Below, piece after piece: positions 12,913 to 27,148 of a stretch of 64,000 nucleotides of DNA; positions within the stretch are counted from its first letter, which is position 1, and each line of letters opens with the position of its first letter. A model generated the notes under the pieces. The model did not search any database. It had not been told where the DNA came from and saw nothing but the letters and a program-made list of their open reading frames with translations. Source of the stretch: Octopus sinensis. Its lineage: Eukaryota. The stretch covers positions 113,646,001 to 113,710,000 of the forward strand of contig NC_043000.1 of assembly GCF_006345805.1 (NCBI RefSeq), in the 5' to 3' direction. The position numbers were made by a program, and so were the translations under genes.

Positions 12913-13100
12913 TATATATTAATTTAGCATTAGAATTTTTCAAGTTGTATAAAAATTGTTTGCATCATTCGAAAGAGAAATAAATTTTGCATAAGGTGTA
13001 AAAGATATAAACAATTTGTATGGTGTTAGTAACAAAATATTTTGTAAGAAATAGAACTTTTATCGTCGGTCTTAAATATATTTTCGCCTGTGTATATATC

Positions 13101-14075
13101 TCAGGTCATCCCATAAGTTCTGTCCGAATTTAGGATAAAGAATGTTATATTTAATTGAAAGTTAATCATCAATGTACTTTCCCTGATTATCTATGACCTA
13201 CTTGCATCTATTTACAAGATTTTTAATCCCATCAATGTAAAACTCGTTTGGTTTCAAAGCGAAGAACTCTGAAATGTCAGGTTCGACCTCCTCCTGGCTT
13301 GCGAAAGTTGTGTCCCCCTAATAATTCTGTAAACTATGAAAAAAATGGTATCCTGAATGAGTAAGGTCGGGAGAATAAGTTGGATGGAGAAATTTTTCCA
13401 AACTGACCTCTTCGATCTTCTGTGATGTGATCTTTGCAGTATGGGGTTGTGCATTGTCCTGATGAAATATCACTCGTTTTCGACTCACTAAAGCGGCTCT
13501 TTTTTCCTTCAAAGCTTGGTTCAAACGCTCTAATTGCTGACAGTAGACTTGAGCATCGATTGTTGCATTAGGTGGTAACAATATAAAGTGAATTACGCCT
13601 TTGCAATCGCACCAGATAGAGTAGAACCTTTTTCCCATGAAGTTCCCTTCTCGGTTGTGGTTGAGCATTTTCCCTTTTACCAAGCTACTATTTACGACGT
13701 TTAACATTTCGATAGAAAATCCATTTTTCGTCACAAGTCTATCGAAAAAGGGTGAAATGACTTTGCGAGAATGGAGAGAAGAACAGATGTCAACTCGGGA
13801 TTTGCGGTTGCTGTCGGACAATACATGAGGCACCTATTTTCCAAGTTTAGCAGTCTTTCCACGTTGTTGAAAATGACGATGAACTGTTGTATGGTTTGAA
13901 GTTAGCTTTATTGCCAATTCTTCAACTGATAATGACGGATTTTCTTCAAGTAATGCCTCAAGGAGCTTATCATCAAACTCAACTGGACATCCTATTCGAT
14001 CTTCATCTTCAATTTTGCAAACGATCTCCTGCAAGTTCTTTCATTCAAGCACTTTCCCATAAGCTGAGTGTATAT
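13101..14075 (-). mobile_element. Mariner transposase remnant (DD34D type)
   Basis: HTH region, then VPHVLS, FHQDNAQPH and HPTYSPDL in ORFs 13834-14034 and 13318-13833; TIR-like caggtcatcccataagttctgtccga at 13101. Confidence 0.9.
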
Positions 14076-14080
14076 ATATA

Positions 14081-14470
14081 GGCGCAGGAGTGGCTGTGTG
14101 GTAAGTAGCTTGCTAACCAACCACATGGTTCCGGGTTCAGTCCCATTGCGTGGCATCTTGGGCAAGTGTCTTCTGCTATAGCCCCGGGCCTTGTGAGTGG
14201 ATTTGGTAGACGGAAACTGAAAGAAGCCTGTCGTATATATGTATATATATATAAGTGTGTGTGTATATGTTTGTGTGTCTGTGTTTGTCCCCCTAGTATT
14301 GCTTGACAACCGATGCTGGTGTGTTTACGTCCCCGTCACTTAGCGGTTCGGCAAAAGAGACCAATAGCATAAGTACTAGGCTTACAAAGAATAAGTAGTG
14401 GGGTCGATTTGCTCGACTAAAGGTGGTGCTCCAGCATGGCCACAGTCAAATGACTGAAACAAGTAAGAGT
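14081..14470 (+). mobile_element. Full-length tRNA-derived SINE family A
   Basis: tRNA-like head (tggctgtgtggt...ggttccgggttcagtccc), core ttgggcaagtgtc, internal (TA/TG)n, and tail ccagcatggccacagtcaaatgactgaaac. Confidence 0.95.
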
Positions 14471-15112
14471 AAATGAGTAATGTATGTATGTATGTATGTA
14501 TGTATGTATGTATGTATGTATGCATGTAAGTATGTATGCACGATATTTTAACCGCTTCGTTCGTCCGTCCAATATTTTGTCGACACACGGTGATCTATTT
14601 CATTGCTGCATTCCGACTGATGAAAGACAGCCGAAAACGTCAGGAAACAACCGTATGTCCTGGATTAAAACTACATATGCAAATTTGGTATCTATAACGG
14701 AAGTATGTATGTATATGTATAAATGTATGTATGTATGTATGTATGTATGTATGTATGTATGTATGTATGTATGAAATTCCTCTGTTCCGTTTATTTTCTT
14801 TCATACTGATTCTGCTCTGAAAGCTTTGATTAATTTTTAATTATTTATGGAGCATTTTCTGTGAAAAATACCTCCTTTTGAAATGATTTGAGATATGAAC
14901 GGGAATCACGTGTGTATCTGTTATCTACCCACACCCACGCAAACATACACATATGTATAGCCCGGTAGTTATACACGCATGCACACACACACACTCTCTC
15001 TCACACACACACATACAGCCACATACATGCACACAGAGACACAAAGCACACACGCCACACATATATCTGATGCTGTATACGTGAGGGACAAATACTTAGG
15101 TCGGAACAAAGT

Positions 15113-15153
<41 letters not shown>

Positions 15154-16031
15154 AGTGTGAGAGAGAAGAGAGAGCGAGAGAGAGAGAGAGAGCAATGAGC
15201 GTTGGGAAAATAGAATTCCCAACGTTATGGACACTTGTGTGCTATGGTGAGGTGTGTGGAGAGGGGTTTAAATAGAAAGGAAAGTGTGTGTGTGTGTGGG
15301 AGAGAGAGAGAAGGAGAAGGAGGTAGGTAGAAAAAGAGAGAGAGAGTGTGGGTGAGAAGAGGAAAGTGAAGATGTGTGATGATGAGAAATGGGTGGAGAA
15401 GCGAATATAGCATGAAGCCAGAGCAATAGAGAGACGTTGGTAGAGGGGGTGAGAGAGGGAAGGGAAAAAGGGAGAATGAGAAACTGAGGGAGAGAGTGAA
15501 GAAGAGAAAGAGGAATAAAATAAGGGAGAGAGAGAGAGGGAGAGAGGGTAAGATGAGAAACTGTGGGAGAAAGTGAAGAGAAAGAAGAATAGAATTAGGG
15601 AGAGAGAGAGGGAGAGAGGGAGAGAGGGAGAGAAAGAGAAATATGTAGGGAAAGAGCGAAGGAGAAGGAGTCAAAAGAGGAAAGGGAGCAGAATATTATG
15701 AAGAGTGATGAGGGAGAGCGATGGAGTGTAGAGTGAAGGATATACAATAAGAGAAAGCGAGAGAGAGAGAGAGAGAGAGAGAGAAGGAAAGAGAGAGAGA
15801 ATGAGTAAAGGAGAGGAGTGAGTGAGAGAGGAATGAGTGAGAGGGAGAGAGAGAGTATGTAGAAGGCTGGCTGAGAGAAAGGAGACGGTAGAAGCCAGCA
15901 ACTGTAGGGTTATTCAATCAAACAAGCAATTAAATCTACTATCTATATGGTTTAAACCTTTGATCTTTATTGAACTCTGCTGCTGCTGCTGTCAATGATA
16001 CTGTTGCTGCTGCTGCAGTATATAACAGTCT

Positions 16032-16068
<37 letters not shown>

Positions 16069-16274
16069 TCTTTCCCTCTCACCGTCTCTCTCTCTCATTA
16101 TCTCTGTCTACCAACATATCTTTCAGTCTATGAGTATCAACTCTCACACTCTAACGTTCTTTACTTCAATATTTCAACATCTCTCTCTCTCTATCTCTCT
16201 TTTCCCCACGCTCTCACTCTCTTACTCTCTTTTACTCTCTCCCATTCTTTCCCAGTTTAACTGCAGTTTAGTCT

Positions 16275-16571
<297 letters not shown>

Positions 16572-17802
16572 AACTTAAATACCTGCTTCTCTATGCGCCT
16601 TTTCGCTCGAAATATTTGCCTCACTGTGTCGGTATGTATGTATGTATGTATGTATGTATGTATGTATGTATGTATATCTGGATGTATGTATGCATGTATG
16701 TATATATGGATGCATGTATGCATATATATGTATGTATGTATATGCATACAAATCTCTCTCTCTCTCTTTATAAATATATATGTATATATATGTATATTAC
16801 ACATGCATGTATTTATATGTATGTGTGTGTTTATATATATTGATACACGCACACACACACACACACACAAACATGGGTATTCCTTGAAATACAATAACCT
16901 ATGTATATATATGCGTGCATGCGTATATATATATATTGAGTGCCCTTGTTTGTTAAACAAAACCTATAAACACGCGCGCACACACAGACACACACACACA
17001 CACTCACTCAAATACACATATGATGCTTACAAATATATACATATGTGTTTCTGAGTGTGTGTGTGTGTGAATGTGCGTGTGTGCGTGTGTGTACGTGTGA
17101 GCGTACACACACACATTACCATAAACCTATGCTTTTCGTCTTTTGTGTATATATCTATGTGTGTGTGTATGTTTGTGTATGTGTGTGCATGTGTGTATGT
17201 ATGTACATATGTATGTATGTATGTGTGTGTGTATGTGTGTATGTATGTACGAATGTATGTATGTATGTATGTATGTATGTATGTATGTGTGTATGTGTGC
17301 ATGTGTGAGTGTATGTATGTATATATGTATGTATGCATTTGTGTATGTATGTATATTAACACAACTCGCAAGTGTGCAAATACAATGGATATAGAACAAG
17401 AGAGAAAGAGAAAAGGACAGAGAAGGAGAGAAGAGAGTGAGAGAGAGAGACAGAGACAGAGAGAGAGACAGAGAGAGAGACAGAGAGAGAGACACAGAGA
17501 GAGAGACAGAGAGAGAGAGAGAGAAGGTGAAAGAGATTCTGAAAGATTTAGTAGGTTGTTGTTTCCATAGCAACCAAGTTTTAAAGACGGAAAAAAAAAA
17601 TTTCTCCAACTCTAATATCTGGAAATATATCATAAAATGAAGAAAAGATTGGAAAAAAAAGCAGGAAAATACCAAAGTCTTGTAAATATTTGAACTCCCT
17701 TTCTAAGAGAACAAAGCACTGAACGTGAGGTGGGGTGGGGGGGAATGTGTGTGTATGTAGGTGTGCATATATATGTATATATGTGTTGTAGTACATATAT
17801 AT

Positions 17803-17851
<49 letters not shown>

Positions 17852-17865
17852 CATATATATATATG

Positions 17866-17921
<56 letters not shown>

Positions 17922-18336
17922 ATATATATATAATATATATATAATATATATATATATATATGTATATATATGTATATGGATATATATATATATATGCATA
18001 TATATGCATATATATGTGTCACTCTCTCTTTATATATATGTATATATGCAAGTATATATGTTATTACGTACTTATGAAGAAACACACACACACACACACA
18101 CAGATATGTTTGTATAAATGTATGCATGTAAATACTTTACTAAGTCTAATTATTATCCACCCGGCGGGGTACGCAGTGTCATGTGGTACTCAGTGTATGT
18201 GTGTTTGTGTATGCCTATGTGTGTATGTGCGTGTATATATATATATATATATATATGCATGCGTTTATGTATATTAATGCATGTAAGCATTCACACACGC
18301 ACACATACACACGTATATATATATAATATATATATA

Positions 18337-18374
<38 letters not shown>

Positions 18375-18376
<2 letters not shown>

Positions 18377-18632
18377 CGCAAACACGCAAATATAGGTGTT
18401 TTATGCACGCGTACATATATACTCACCTACCCATATATATATATAATATATACACATATATATATGGGGGGGGGTTAAATATATATATATTTACGCCCCT
18501 CCCATATATATATATGTATATATATAATATATATATATATAATATATATATATTATATATATATATATATATATGGGTAGGTGAGTATATATGTACGCGT
18601 GCGTAAAACACCTATATTTGCGTGTTTGCGCT
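18375..18632. repeat. Palindrome/inverted duplication centred on (TA)n
   Basis: 18375-18432 vs the reverse complement of 18575-18632: 57/58 identical. Confidence 0.95.
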
Positions 18633-18912
18633 TAATATATTTGCAGGTGTAAATAAGTTGTTATATAGCAAACAACGTTCCTGAAAATATTCTAAGAGAT
18701 TTGTGCCAAACGTATTGATCTTTGAGGGAATATATTGACACATTGATCTGGAGATTTTAAAGTTTACGCACTACACCCGTCAACCCCTGTAGGAGTACAA
18801 ACGTATATACGCACATATATATATATATATACATGCTTACATTCATATTAGTATATACATATTACATATGAACACATTCATACATGCATACATACATACG
18901 TAAGACAAACTC

Positions 18913-18994
<82 letters not shown>

Positions 18995-19003
18995 ATCTAT
19001 TTG

Positions 19004-19035
<32 letters not shown>

Positions 19036-19046
19036 CTATCTATTTG

Positions 19047-19115
<69 letters not shown>

Positions 19116-19118
19116 ATG

Positions 19119-19184
<66 letters not shown>

Positions 19185-19388
19185 CATCCAGGTATGTATG
19201 TAAGTACAGTGTATTTATGAATGAATTGATGTATCGATGTATGTATACATTTATGTCTATGTATGTAAGTACGTATATGTGTGTGTGTGCGTGTGTGTAT
19301 GCTTATGAAAATTGTGCTAGATAATTAATGACTTGGAGATATATAAACACTTAATGCATACATCGCTATGTGCATATATATATATATA

Positions 19389-19437
<49 letters not shown>

Positions 19438-19479
19438 ACACACACATATATATATATATACATATATAAGGAGGTAGCA

Positions 19480-20925
19480 GAGCGGAAGCCAAGAACTATA
19501 GACCTATCTCTCTGACCTCACACATCAGCAAGGTCATGGAACGAATAGTCAGAAGGAAGCTGATCACCTTCCTTGAAGAGAATGACTTGCTGCCCGACAC
19601 CCAACATGGTTTCCGACCAGGGAGAAGCTGTTTAACTCAGCTCCTACAACACTATGACTGGGTGCTGAAACGGCTGCTCAACCACTCAAATGTGGAAGTG
19701 ATATATCTCGACTTTGCAAAGGCCTTTGATAAAGTCGATCATGGAATGATATGTCACAAACTGCGTGATCTCAACATAGTTGGAAAACTGGGAGAATGGC
19801 TTCATGACTTTCTGAAGGATAGAAGTCAGGTGGTAGTAGCCAATGGGGCCACCTCCATTAACAACAAAATAGTGAGCGGTGTTCCGCAGGGCACTGTTCT
19901 GGGACCACTACTGTTCATAATGGCCCTCTCAGACATGCTCTCAGCCACGCAGAGAGCCACGATCACAAGTTATGCAGATGATACAAAAGTTTCACAGGCA
20001 ATACAGAACCCTGAGGACACTAAACACCTGCAATGTGAGCTGGACGAAATATACAAGTGGGCTGAAAAGAATAGCATGCAGTTCAATGCTGGAAAGTTTC
20101 AAGCTTTATACTATCAGCATGCAAAACTGAATACACTGGACCCGGAGGGATTGCAATCCCAGAGGCACAATCAGTGCGTGACCTGGGTATTCACATGAGT
20201 GATGACGCGACCTTTCATGTACATGTTGCTAAACTGACAATGAAATGTAGACGGCTGGCTGGATGGATTCTTAGAACCTTTAGAACAAGAGAACAAGAAA
20301 CCATGATGGTCCTCTGGAAGACACTTGTCTTAAGCCACTTTGACTATTGCTCTCAGCTATGGTCACCATCTAGTGTCAAGTTGATCACAGAACTTGAGGC
20401 GATCCAACGAAGCTACACAAAGAAGATAGCCTCTATGCAGAATGTAAGCTACTGGGAAAGACTCAAGAGATTAAAAGTATATTCCCTGGAGCGTAGGCGG
20501 GAAAGATATGCCATAATATACATCTGGAAGATCCTGGAGGGAAGTGTCCTGAACTTTGGCATCGAGAGTTACGCAAATGCCAGAACTGGGCGCCACTGCG
20601 TGGTGCCTAGGACTCCAAACCTGCCATCAAGATGTAGGACAAGATTCTGTGATAGCCTGGGCTTCCGAGGCCCACAGCTCTTCAATATCCTCCCGAAGAA
20701 CCTGAGAGACCTGCATGGGGTGGATACAGATGTCTTTAAAATGAAGCTGGATCTCTTCCTGTCAGGTGTCCCAGATGAACCAACTTCACGGCAGGAGGGG
20801 CAGATGAGGGCAGCTGCATCGAACTCTCTCATGCACCAAATAGCAGTTGCTAGAAAGCCTCCATGAAGTGAAACCAAATGGCGGTGCCCCAGCATGGCCA
20901 CAGCTCATAAGCTGAAACTAGAATC
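19480..20925 (+). mobile_element. CR1-type LINE, 5'-truncated, with 3' end
   Basis: QHGFRPGRSCLTQLL, YLDFAKAFDKVDH, SGVPQGTVLGPLLF, YADDTK, then LERRRER; (ATCA)n tail. Confidence 0.95.
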
Positions 20926-20954
20926 AATCAATCAATCAATCATATATACATATA

Positions 20955-21160
20955 TGACCTCGTGTGTACCGTTGGCTACTTTTTTTCCTCTGTCTTCCCT
21001 TCTCTGTATCTTTCCTTCCTCTATGTTTCCGACGAAGAGCTCCGCTCGAAACGTTAAACCGTCCTTCTTCCCTTCTTTCCTGAGCGTCCAATAATACTAT
21101 ATTTGTTCCACGTCCTCGCGTTGTTGTGTTTTTTTTTGTGTTTTCTTGTTTGGATTAACT
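20955..21160 (+). mobile_element. Penelope-like tail repeat with degenerate minimal HHR (21025-21059)
   Basis: gttt-ccgacga-a-gagc-tcc-gctc-gaaa-cgt-t-aaac. Confidence 0.7.
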
Positions 21161-21183
21161 TTATATACATACATACATACATA

Positions 21184-21244
<61 letters not shown>

Positions 21245-21286
21245 TATATATACATACATACATAATATATATATACATATATATAC

Positions 21287-21324
<38 letters not shown>

Positions 21325-21764
21325 ATATATATATATTTAGATAGGTAGAGATAAGTATGTAGATAGACAGATAAACAGATAGATAGATAGATGTGTGTAT
21401 TTAAAGAAATTCATCTCTTTGGTGGGAGTGTGTGCGTTTGTGTGAGAGTATTCGCGTGAATTCGCGTATGTGTAAACACTCGGGAGGCTTGGCGAAGAAA
21501 TCCTGTAAGCACATTTCCCCCTATTCTTTCGATGTGCTGAATTACAAGAGGGATGACAAAATCTCTGATGGACCCGTTTTGCAGCTTGTTGACCGTTTTC
21601 TAAAAATTGCACCTGATTTCTCCCGTAATAAATATTCTCTATATTCTGCGGGCGAATGTAGCATGCAGAAACGAAGCTATCACCTTACAGAATTACCTGT
21701 TTCGGAATATGTGCTTGTGTGCATTTCTGTTCCTGCGTGTGTGTATGTGTGTTTGTGTGTATGC

Positions 21765-21803
<39 letters not shown>

Positions 21804-22148
21804 TTTTTATAGCATCCAATCACATATTCCGTTTTGGGAATTTTTAATCCAATATATTATTACATGGTAATTTTGTAGTTGCATCCACTTCGAGACACTG
21901 TTAAAAATGATTAATTTACACACACATACACGCACACACACAGAAGTAGTGATACGGATAAACACGATTTTGCTGGACGCACACATATATATATATATAT
22001 ATACACATAAATATATATAAATACATATAAATACATTCGTTCATACAGATAATGAAATATACACATACATATAGACAAATATACTTATTCAAAGCATACA
22101 AAACACAGAATACTGAGGAGCGTTTTCCCATTACACAAAATCTGTATT

Positions 22149-22258
22149 TAGTAATCCCTCAACTATCGCGGGTGTTACGTGCCAAAATTACCCCGCGATA
22201 GGTGAAGGTCCGCGAAGCAGAAACAATACTGTATTCGCGATATGGTGAGGGATTACTG
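22149..22258. mobile_element. Small pogo/Tigger-type MITE
   Basis: Ends tagtaatccctcaactatcgcg and cgcgatatggtgagggattactg followed by TA. Confidence 0.7.
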
Positions 22259-22264
22259 TATGTA

Positions 22265-22550
22265 TGCGTGTGTATTCCTTTCTTCTTTTATTCTTTTATT
22301 CGTCTGTTCGTTTCAATCCTGCCATGCTTGAGCATATATATAATGTAGCTACATGTGGATCGTTGGCGATTTTTGTCCTCCCTCTTCCTTCTCTCTTGGA
22401 TTTTCCTCCGTCTCCTCTTTCTGACGAAGAGCTTTGCTCGAAACGTGAAATGACCTTTCTTTCCTTCCCTGAGCGTCTGCTAGGACTTTGCATGTACAAC
22501 GTTGTCGCGTTGTTGTTTATTCTTGTGATTTTGTTTCATTTTTTTTTTGG
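22265..22550 (+). mobile_element. Penelope-like tail repeat with minimal HHR motif (22417-22451)
   Basis: cttt-ctgacga-a-gagc-ttt-gctc-gaaa-cgt-g-aaa. Confidence 0.7.
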
Positions 22551-22565
22551 ATAAACTCTACTCTT

Positions 22566-22760
22566 CAGTGCCGCCGCGAGCGGTACATACAAATGCTTAG
22601 CGGTATTTCGTCTGCCGTTACGTTCTGAGTTCAAATTCCACCGAATTGCCTTTCATTCTTTCGGGGTCGATAAATTAAGTACCAGTTGCGTACTGGCGTC
22701 GACCTAATCGACTGGCCCCTCCCCCCAAATTTCGGACCTTGTGCCTAGAGTAGAAAATAA
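22566..22760 (+). mobile_element. SINE family B (short-tail type)
   Basis: gcttagcggtatttcgtctgccgttacgttctgagttc...ccttgtgcctagagtagaaa. Confidence 0.9.
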
Positions 22761-23329
22761 TAATGTACGTAATTCCCCATCTCAAAAACATAGGTAAGTT
22801 ACAATCACTTATAACCAGTTTTGATTCTTTGAAATGGTAACGAATATTTTCTGAAAATCGTAATAAAGTGATAAGGAACCGTGAGTGCGTGACTGCAATG
22901 TCGAAGCAAGAGGCCAACCGTCGCAGTGTTTTGGATCGAGCAAAAAAGTACGCCAGAGCTACTAAATTACGAAGATGCTATTTCTGTTGTTATCGATTAG
23001 GGACGGACAGTAAAGAGTTTATGGTTGGGTGTCCTGGACGTTTGAGAGGGACAAATCGAAGTAGAAAGACTGAGGCACGAACAAGCAAAATCTGATGGTG
23101 CGTCACGGCGGAGCACCTAATTCTGCCTCTCTTTGTCCTCGATATTTTGGTGAAGTATGGCACAACCCTCGTTATTACAGCCCTGTAACGTAGCTGGGGT
23201 CTGGCACCGGGTGACTCTCTCATGAGGGCGGCAAAAATTATGGTTAGTTGTATAACGCTGTACAGGCCCTGGGTGATGGTGGTGGTGGGACAAACTCTCA
23301 AGAATTGCCCCTGGCAGCACATTTTAACT

Positions 23330-23600
23330 ACGTCACTGTCTCAACCACCCTACGCTTTAAATTTTGCTTCAGCAGAATATTTGTTTTTCTCAAAGTGGAA
23401 ATTTCCCTGAGTGATCTCAAACGGAAAATTCACTCCGACAATTATACAGAACCTCTCAAATTGCTTTCCAAAACGTGTTGTGAAAATAGGAAATCCTTTG
23501 GGAACAAGCATTGTATCGAGTATGAATGAAACTATTTGGAGGCAGACACGTCTGATTTAATTGCAAGTATAGCAATAAAACTGGTTTTAAAACGTTTGAT
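23330..23600 (+). pseudogene. Possible highly decayed hAT transposase C-terminal (dimerisation) region
   Basis: ASAEYLFFSKWK and CIEYE...DLIASIAIK loosely resemble ASAERSFSKLK and LSIE...DLIxxFAxK. Confidence 0.3.
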
Positions 23601-23840
23601 TTCTTTTACGACAGACTTCCTCTAATTACATTTCTATAAATTTCGCTGCCTTTCTTTGGCGTTCTAGAAGAATACACGTGTATATATGGATATCATCGTC
23701 CATATATTACACTCAGTAGTGTAGTTGCCACGCAATAACCAACACTTGTGTATTAATAATTGGGTATATTGGATAGATACTATCCCTTAGTTGGTTGGAT
23801 TCACAACCTCTAACTCTGTTGGAATTATATAATATGTATA

Positions 23841-23881
<41 letters not shown>

Positions 23882-23984
23882 GAAAGAGAGAGAGACTTAC
23901 TCATGTATGTGTGTGTATATACATACACACACACACACACACACATATGCGCATATCTATATTTGGGATTATCTCCTCGCTTTA

Positions 23985-24188
23985 ACTTGTTTCACTCAAT
24001 TGACTACGGCCATGCTGGGGCACCTCTTTCAAAGATTTTTGACGAACGAATCGAGTCTATCTTTTGAAAGCCTGGTACTTATTCCTACTGGTCCGTATTG
24101 CCGAACCGCTAAGTTACAGGGATGTAAACTTATCAATATCGGTTATCAAGCGGTGGTGGTGGATAAACATTGATACAAAGGTGCGTAT

Positions 24189-24224
<36 letters not shown>

Positions 24225-24383
24225 TTATGTATACGACGGGCTTCCTTCAGTTTCTGTCTAGCAATTCCGCTGACAATGCTTTGGTCGGTAGAAGACAATG
24301 CACTGGGGACCACGCAGTGGGATTGAACCGGGAACTATGTGGTTGGGAAGCAAACTTCTTACCACACAGCTACGCCTCCGCCT
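23985..24383 (-). mobile_element. Full-length SINE family A
   Basis: Reverse complement of 14081-14470. Confidence 0.9.
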
Positions 24384-24434
24384 CTCCATCGCTGTCTCTA
24401 TCTATTTGTCTGTCTCTTTCTCTCACTCTCTTTC

Positions 24435-24486
<52 letters not shown>

Positions 24487-24554
24487 CATGTATGTATATA
24501 TACATACAGGAACACAAACACTCATATTTATATCTACATATATAAAATAAAATA

Positions 24555-24801
24555 AATGAGCCCTTTCTTTAAATCCTAGCCAGGCTCATGGGCCCGGTTT
24601 CCCGGTTTCTATGGCGTATGTTCCCCAGCTGGACGTGACGCCAGTCCATCGCAGCGTTACTCATTTTTGCCAGCTGAGTGGACTGGAGCAACGTGAAATG
24701 AAGTGTTTTTCTCAAGAACACAACGCGTCGCCCGGTCCAGGAAACGAAACCACATTCTTACGATCATGATGCTGACACCCTAACCACTAAGCCACGCGCC
24801 A
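24555..24801 (-). mobile_element. Full-length tRNA-derived SINE family C (tail type 1)
   Basis: Head ggcgcgtggcttagtggttaggg...ggtttcgtttcc, core, then ctgcgatggactggcgtc...gaaaccggg. Confidence 0.9.
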
Positions 24802-25267
24802 CAACATATCTACATATATATGTGTGTGTGTATATGGGCGTATATAGATAGATACATATATATCGACATATTGTTATATATATATCTATATATATATATA
24901 TATAATATATATATATTATATATATATATAATATATATATATATTATATATATATATATATATATGTATCTAAACGTACTAACTCGTCCACACATACAGA
25001 GATAGTACCCACATACACACATACAAGAAATGTGCAATCAAATTCCATCAATGTCTGACTTTTTGTAGCTGTTCTTATTAGCAGAGTTTCATTTAATCAA
25101 GACACTGACCCATTAGCCTGACCTTTCGCCTCCCTAATATTGACCTCTTTGCTAATTGAAGCACTTTGCTGCCTTCTGCGCGGAGTTGATTGACTCTGTC
25201 GCAGGTTTTGCCTCCAGATATACTATCACACACATGCACGCCTGCATATACTCACATGTGTGTGTGC

Positions 25268-25319
<52 letters not shown>

Positions 25320-25661
25320 TGACACGTACACGTACATATACATAGACCTACGGACACTATGCACTCACACTGACACCAACACGTACACATACATACAGGC
25401 AGACATATACACAAACAAACATAAATAGATGTAGTAAGATACAGGAAAAGACAAACCCATCCTAAAATCTACATACACGTATACTCCTGCATACGCATAT
25501 ATAAACACACGCGAGATGCACAGACACATACAGGCGTACGCAGACATATGTATATACATTAGGTGTATACACACATATAAATTCACATATACGTAAATAA
25601 CCGCCAAAGAGATAAGAGAAATAGGAAGAGAACAAGTCACTTAAAACAGTTCCGAAGTATA

Positions 25662-25906
25662 CAGGCTGTTCAAAAAGTCTCTCCGCAATCATAAGCTTCA
25701 CGCGGTTCATACCGCGTCAAGATGTTTTTTCAAAACGTGTAGAAGAGTCAATTTATGTATTGAAAAGGAAGGACGACACTTTCAACACCTTTTGTTAAGA
25801 TTTTTAAAGTCTTTTAAAGTCTAATATATTCTTTTGTGGTCTTATAACATCTTGTAAATATTAATTTTGCAATAAAATACTGCGGAGAGACGTTTTGAAC
25901 ATCCTG
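25662..25906. mobile_element. Tc1/mariner-type MITE (245 bp)
   Basis: 26-bp TIRs caggctgttcaaaaagtctctccgca with 2 mismatches; TA on both sides (25660-61, 25907-08). Confidence 0.9.
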
Positions 25907-26210
25907 TATAAATGCGTACAAAGAAAACACCTCGAGACGAAGTTGACCGATGGATCAAAAGGAATATTGGTGGAACTTAGAAATTTATAGAACCACCAAG
26001 TTAAAACACACTGGCCATTCTTCCAACATTCACTTACCTTTCAACAAACTTGCTACAAGGCAACACTTTCCTCTCCATCTATAACTTCCTGATGAGGGCT
26101 TGGTCAAAGAGGAAAGTGTCTCTCTTTAGCCCTTTCAAACAGGTCCACGGTACTACCTCTTTCGCTACAGCCACTATACAAATAATAGTAGAAATAAAAA
26201 AAAATAATAA

Positions 26211-26593
26211 GATCTTGAAATAGAAATTAGCAAAATGTGGAACATGAAGACTAAAACAATACCTGTTGTCATAGGAATGATAGCAAAAGGGGCTGACTGC
26301 TACCAAGCTCAGATACCAGTAAACCCCAAAATAGCAGAAATTCAAAAGATAGTGCTCATAGGAACTGCCCATATCCTACGTAAAATACTGTCTATGTAAT
26401 CTCAAATTTTAAAACAAGCTCATAATTTTCTTATGGTTTCTTAAACATTCTCTAGAACAACACTATGTACAAAGCCAAATATATGACACCCTAAGCATAA
26501 CACTAACATGAACTTCTAACTTGTTGCCCCTTGAGGTCTCTGGGTAAGACTTGGAGCCAACTTGTACAAATGCAAAGCAAAAGTCAAACATAA

Positions 26594-26595
<2 letters not shown>
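26211..26595 (+). mobile_element. R4/Dong-type REL LINE 3' end (subfamily 1)
   Basis: DLEIEISKMWNMKTKTIPVVIG...IQKIVLIGTAHILRKILSM*, then a 3' UTR and (TAA)n. Confidence 0.85.
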
Positions 26596-26649
<54 letters not shown>

Positions 26650-26739
26650 TAATAATGATAATGATAATGATAATTATAATAATAATGATAATAATAATAA
26701 TAACAATAATAATAATAATAATAAAATAATAATAATAAC

Positions 26740-26812
<73 letters not shown>

Positions 26813-26836
26813 TAATAATAATAATAATAATAATAA

Positions 26837-27148
26837 CAAAATACAAAGACCTGGAAATAGAGGTAACTAGAATGTGGAACCTGAAAACAGAAACAATTCC
26901 TATCATAGTAGGTGCATTAGGCATGATAAAAAAAATATTCAGACAAATACATAACAAAAACACCAGGACTTACAAACACATATAACATACAGAAAATTGC
27001 ACTACTAGGCACTGCACACATCCTACGCAGAACACTTGCCATACAATAACCATCAGAGCATCACAACAAATCACAGCACATACCCAAGGCACACAGAGCT
27101 GCGCTCGGTAGTGAAGTGAAAGCACGCTATAAAAATAAAACTACTGAA
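26837..27148 (+). mobile_element. R4/Dong-type REL LINE 3' end (subfamily 2)
   Basis: KYKDLEIEVTRMWNLKTETIPIIVGALG...IALLGTAHILRRTL; (TAA)n on both sides. Confidence 0.9.

Noticed and set aside
14081-14160. tRNA gene call for SINE heads
   Set aside because: They have A/B boxes but no complete cloverleaf, and they are embedded in dispersed repeats
21432-21812. 126-aa ORF in partly unique sequence
   Set aside because: No motifs or splice signals, and it runs into (TG)n; a chance ORF is likely
26063-26119. 12-bp perfect inverted repeat enclosing ctgatgag
   Set aside because: No stem II or stem III consistent with a hammerhead; an isolated short IR is unremarkable
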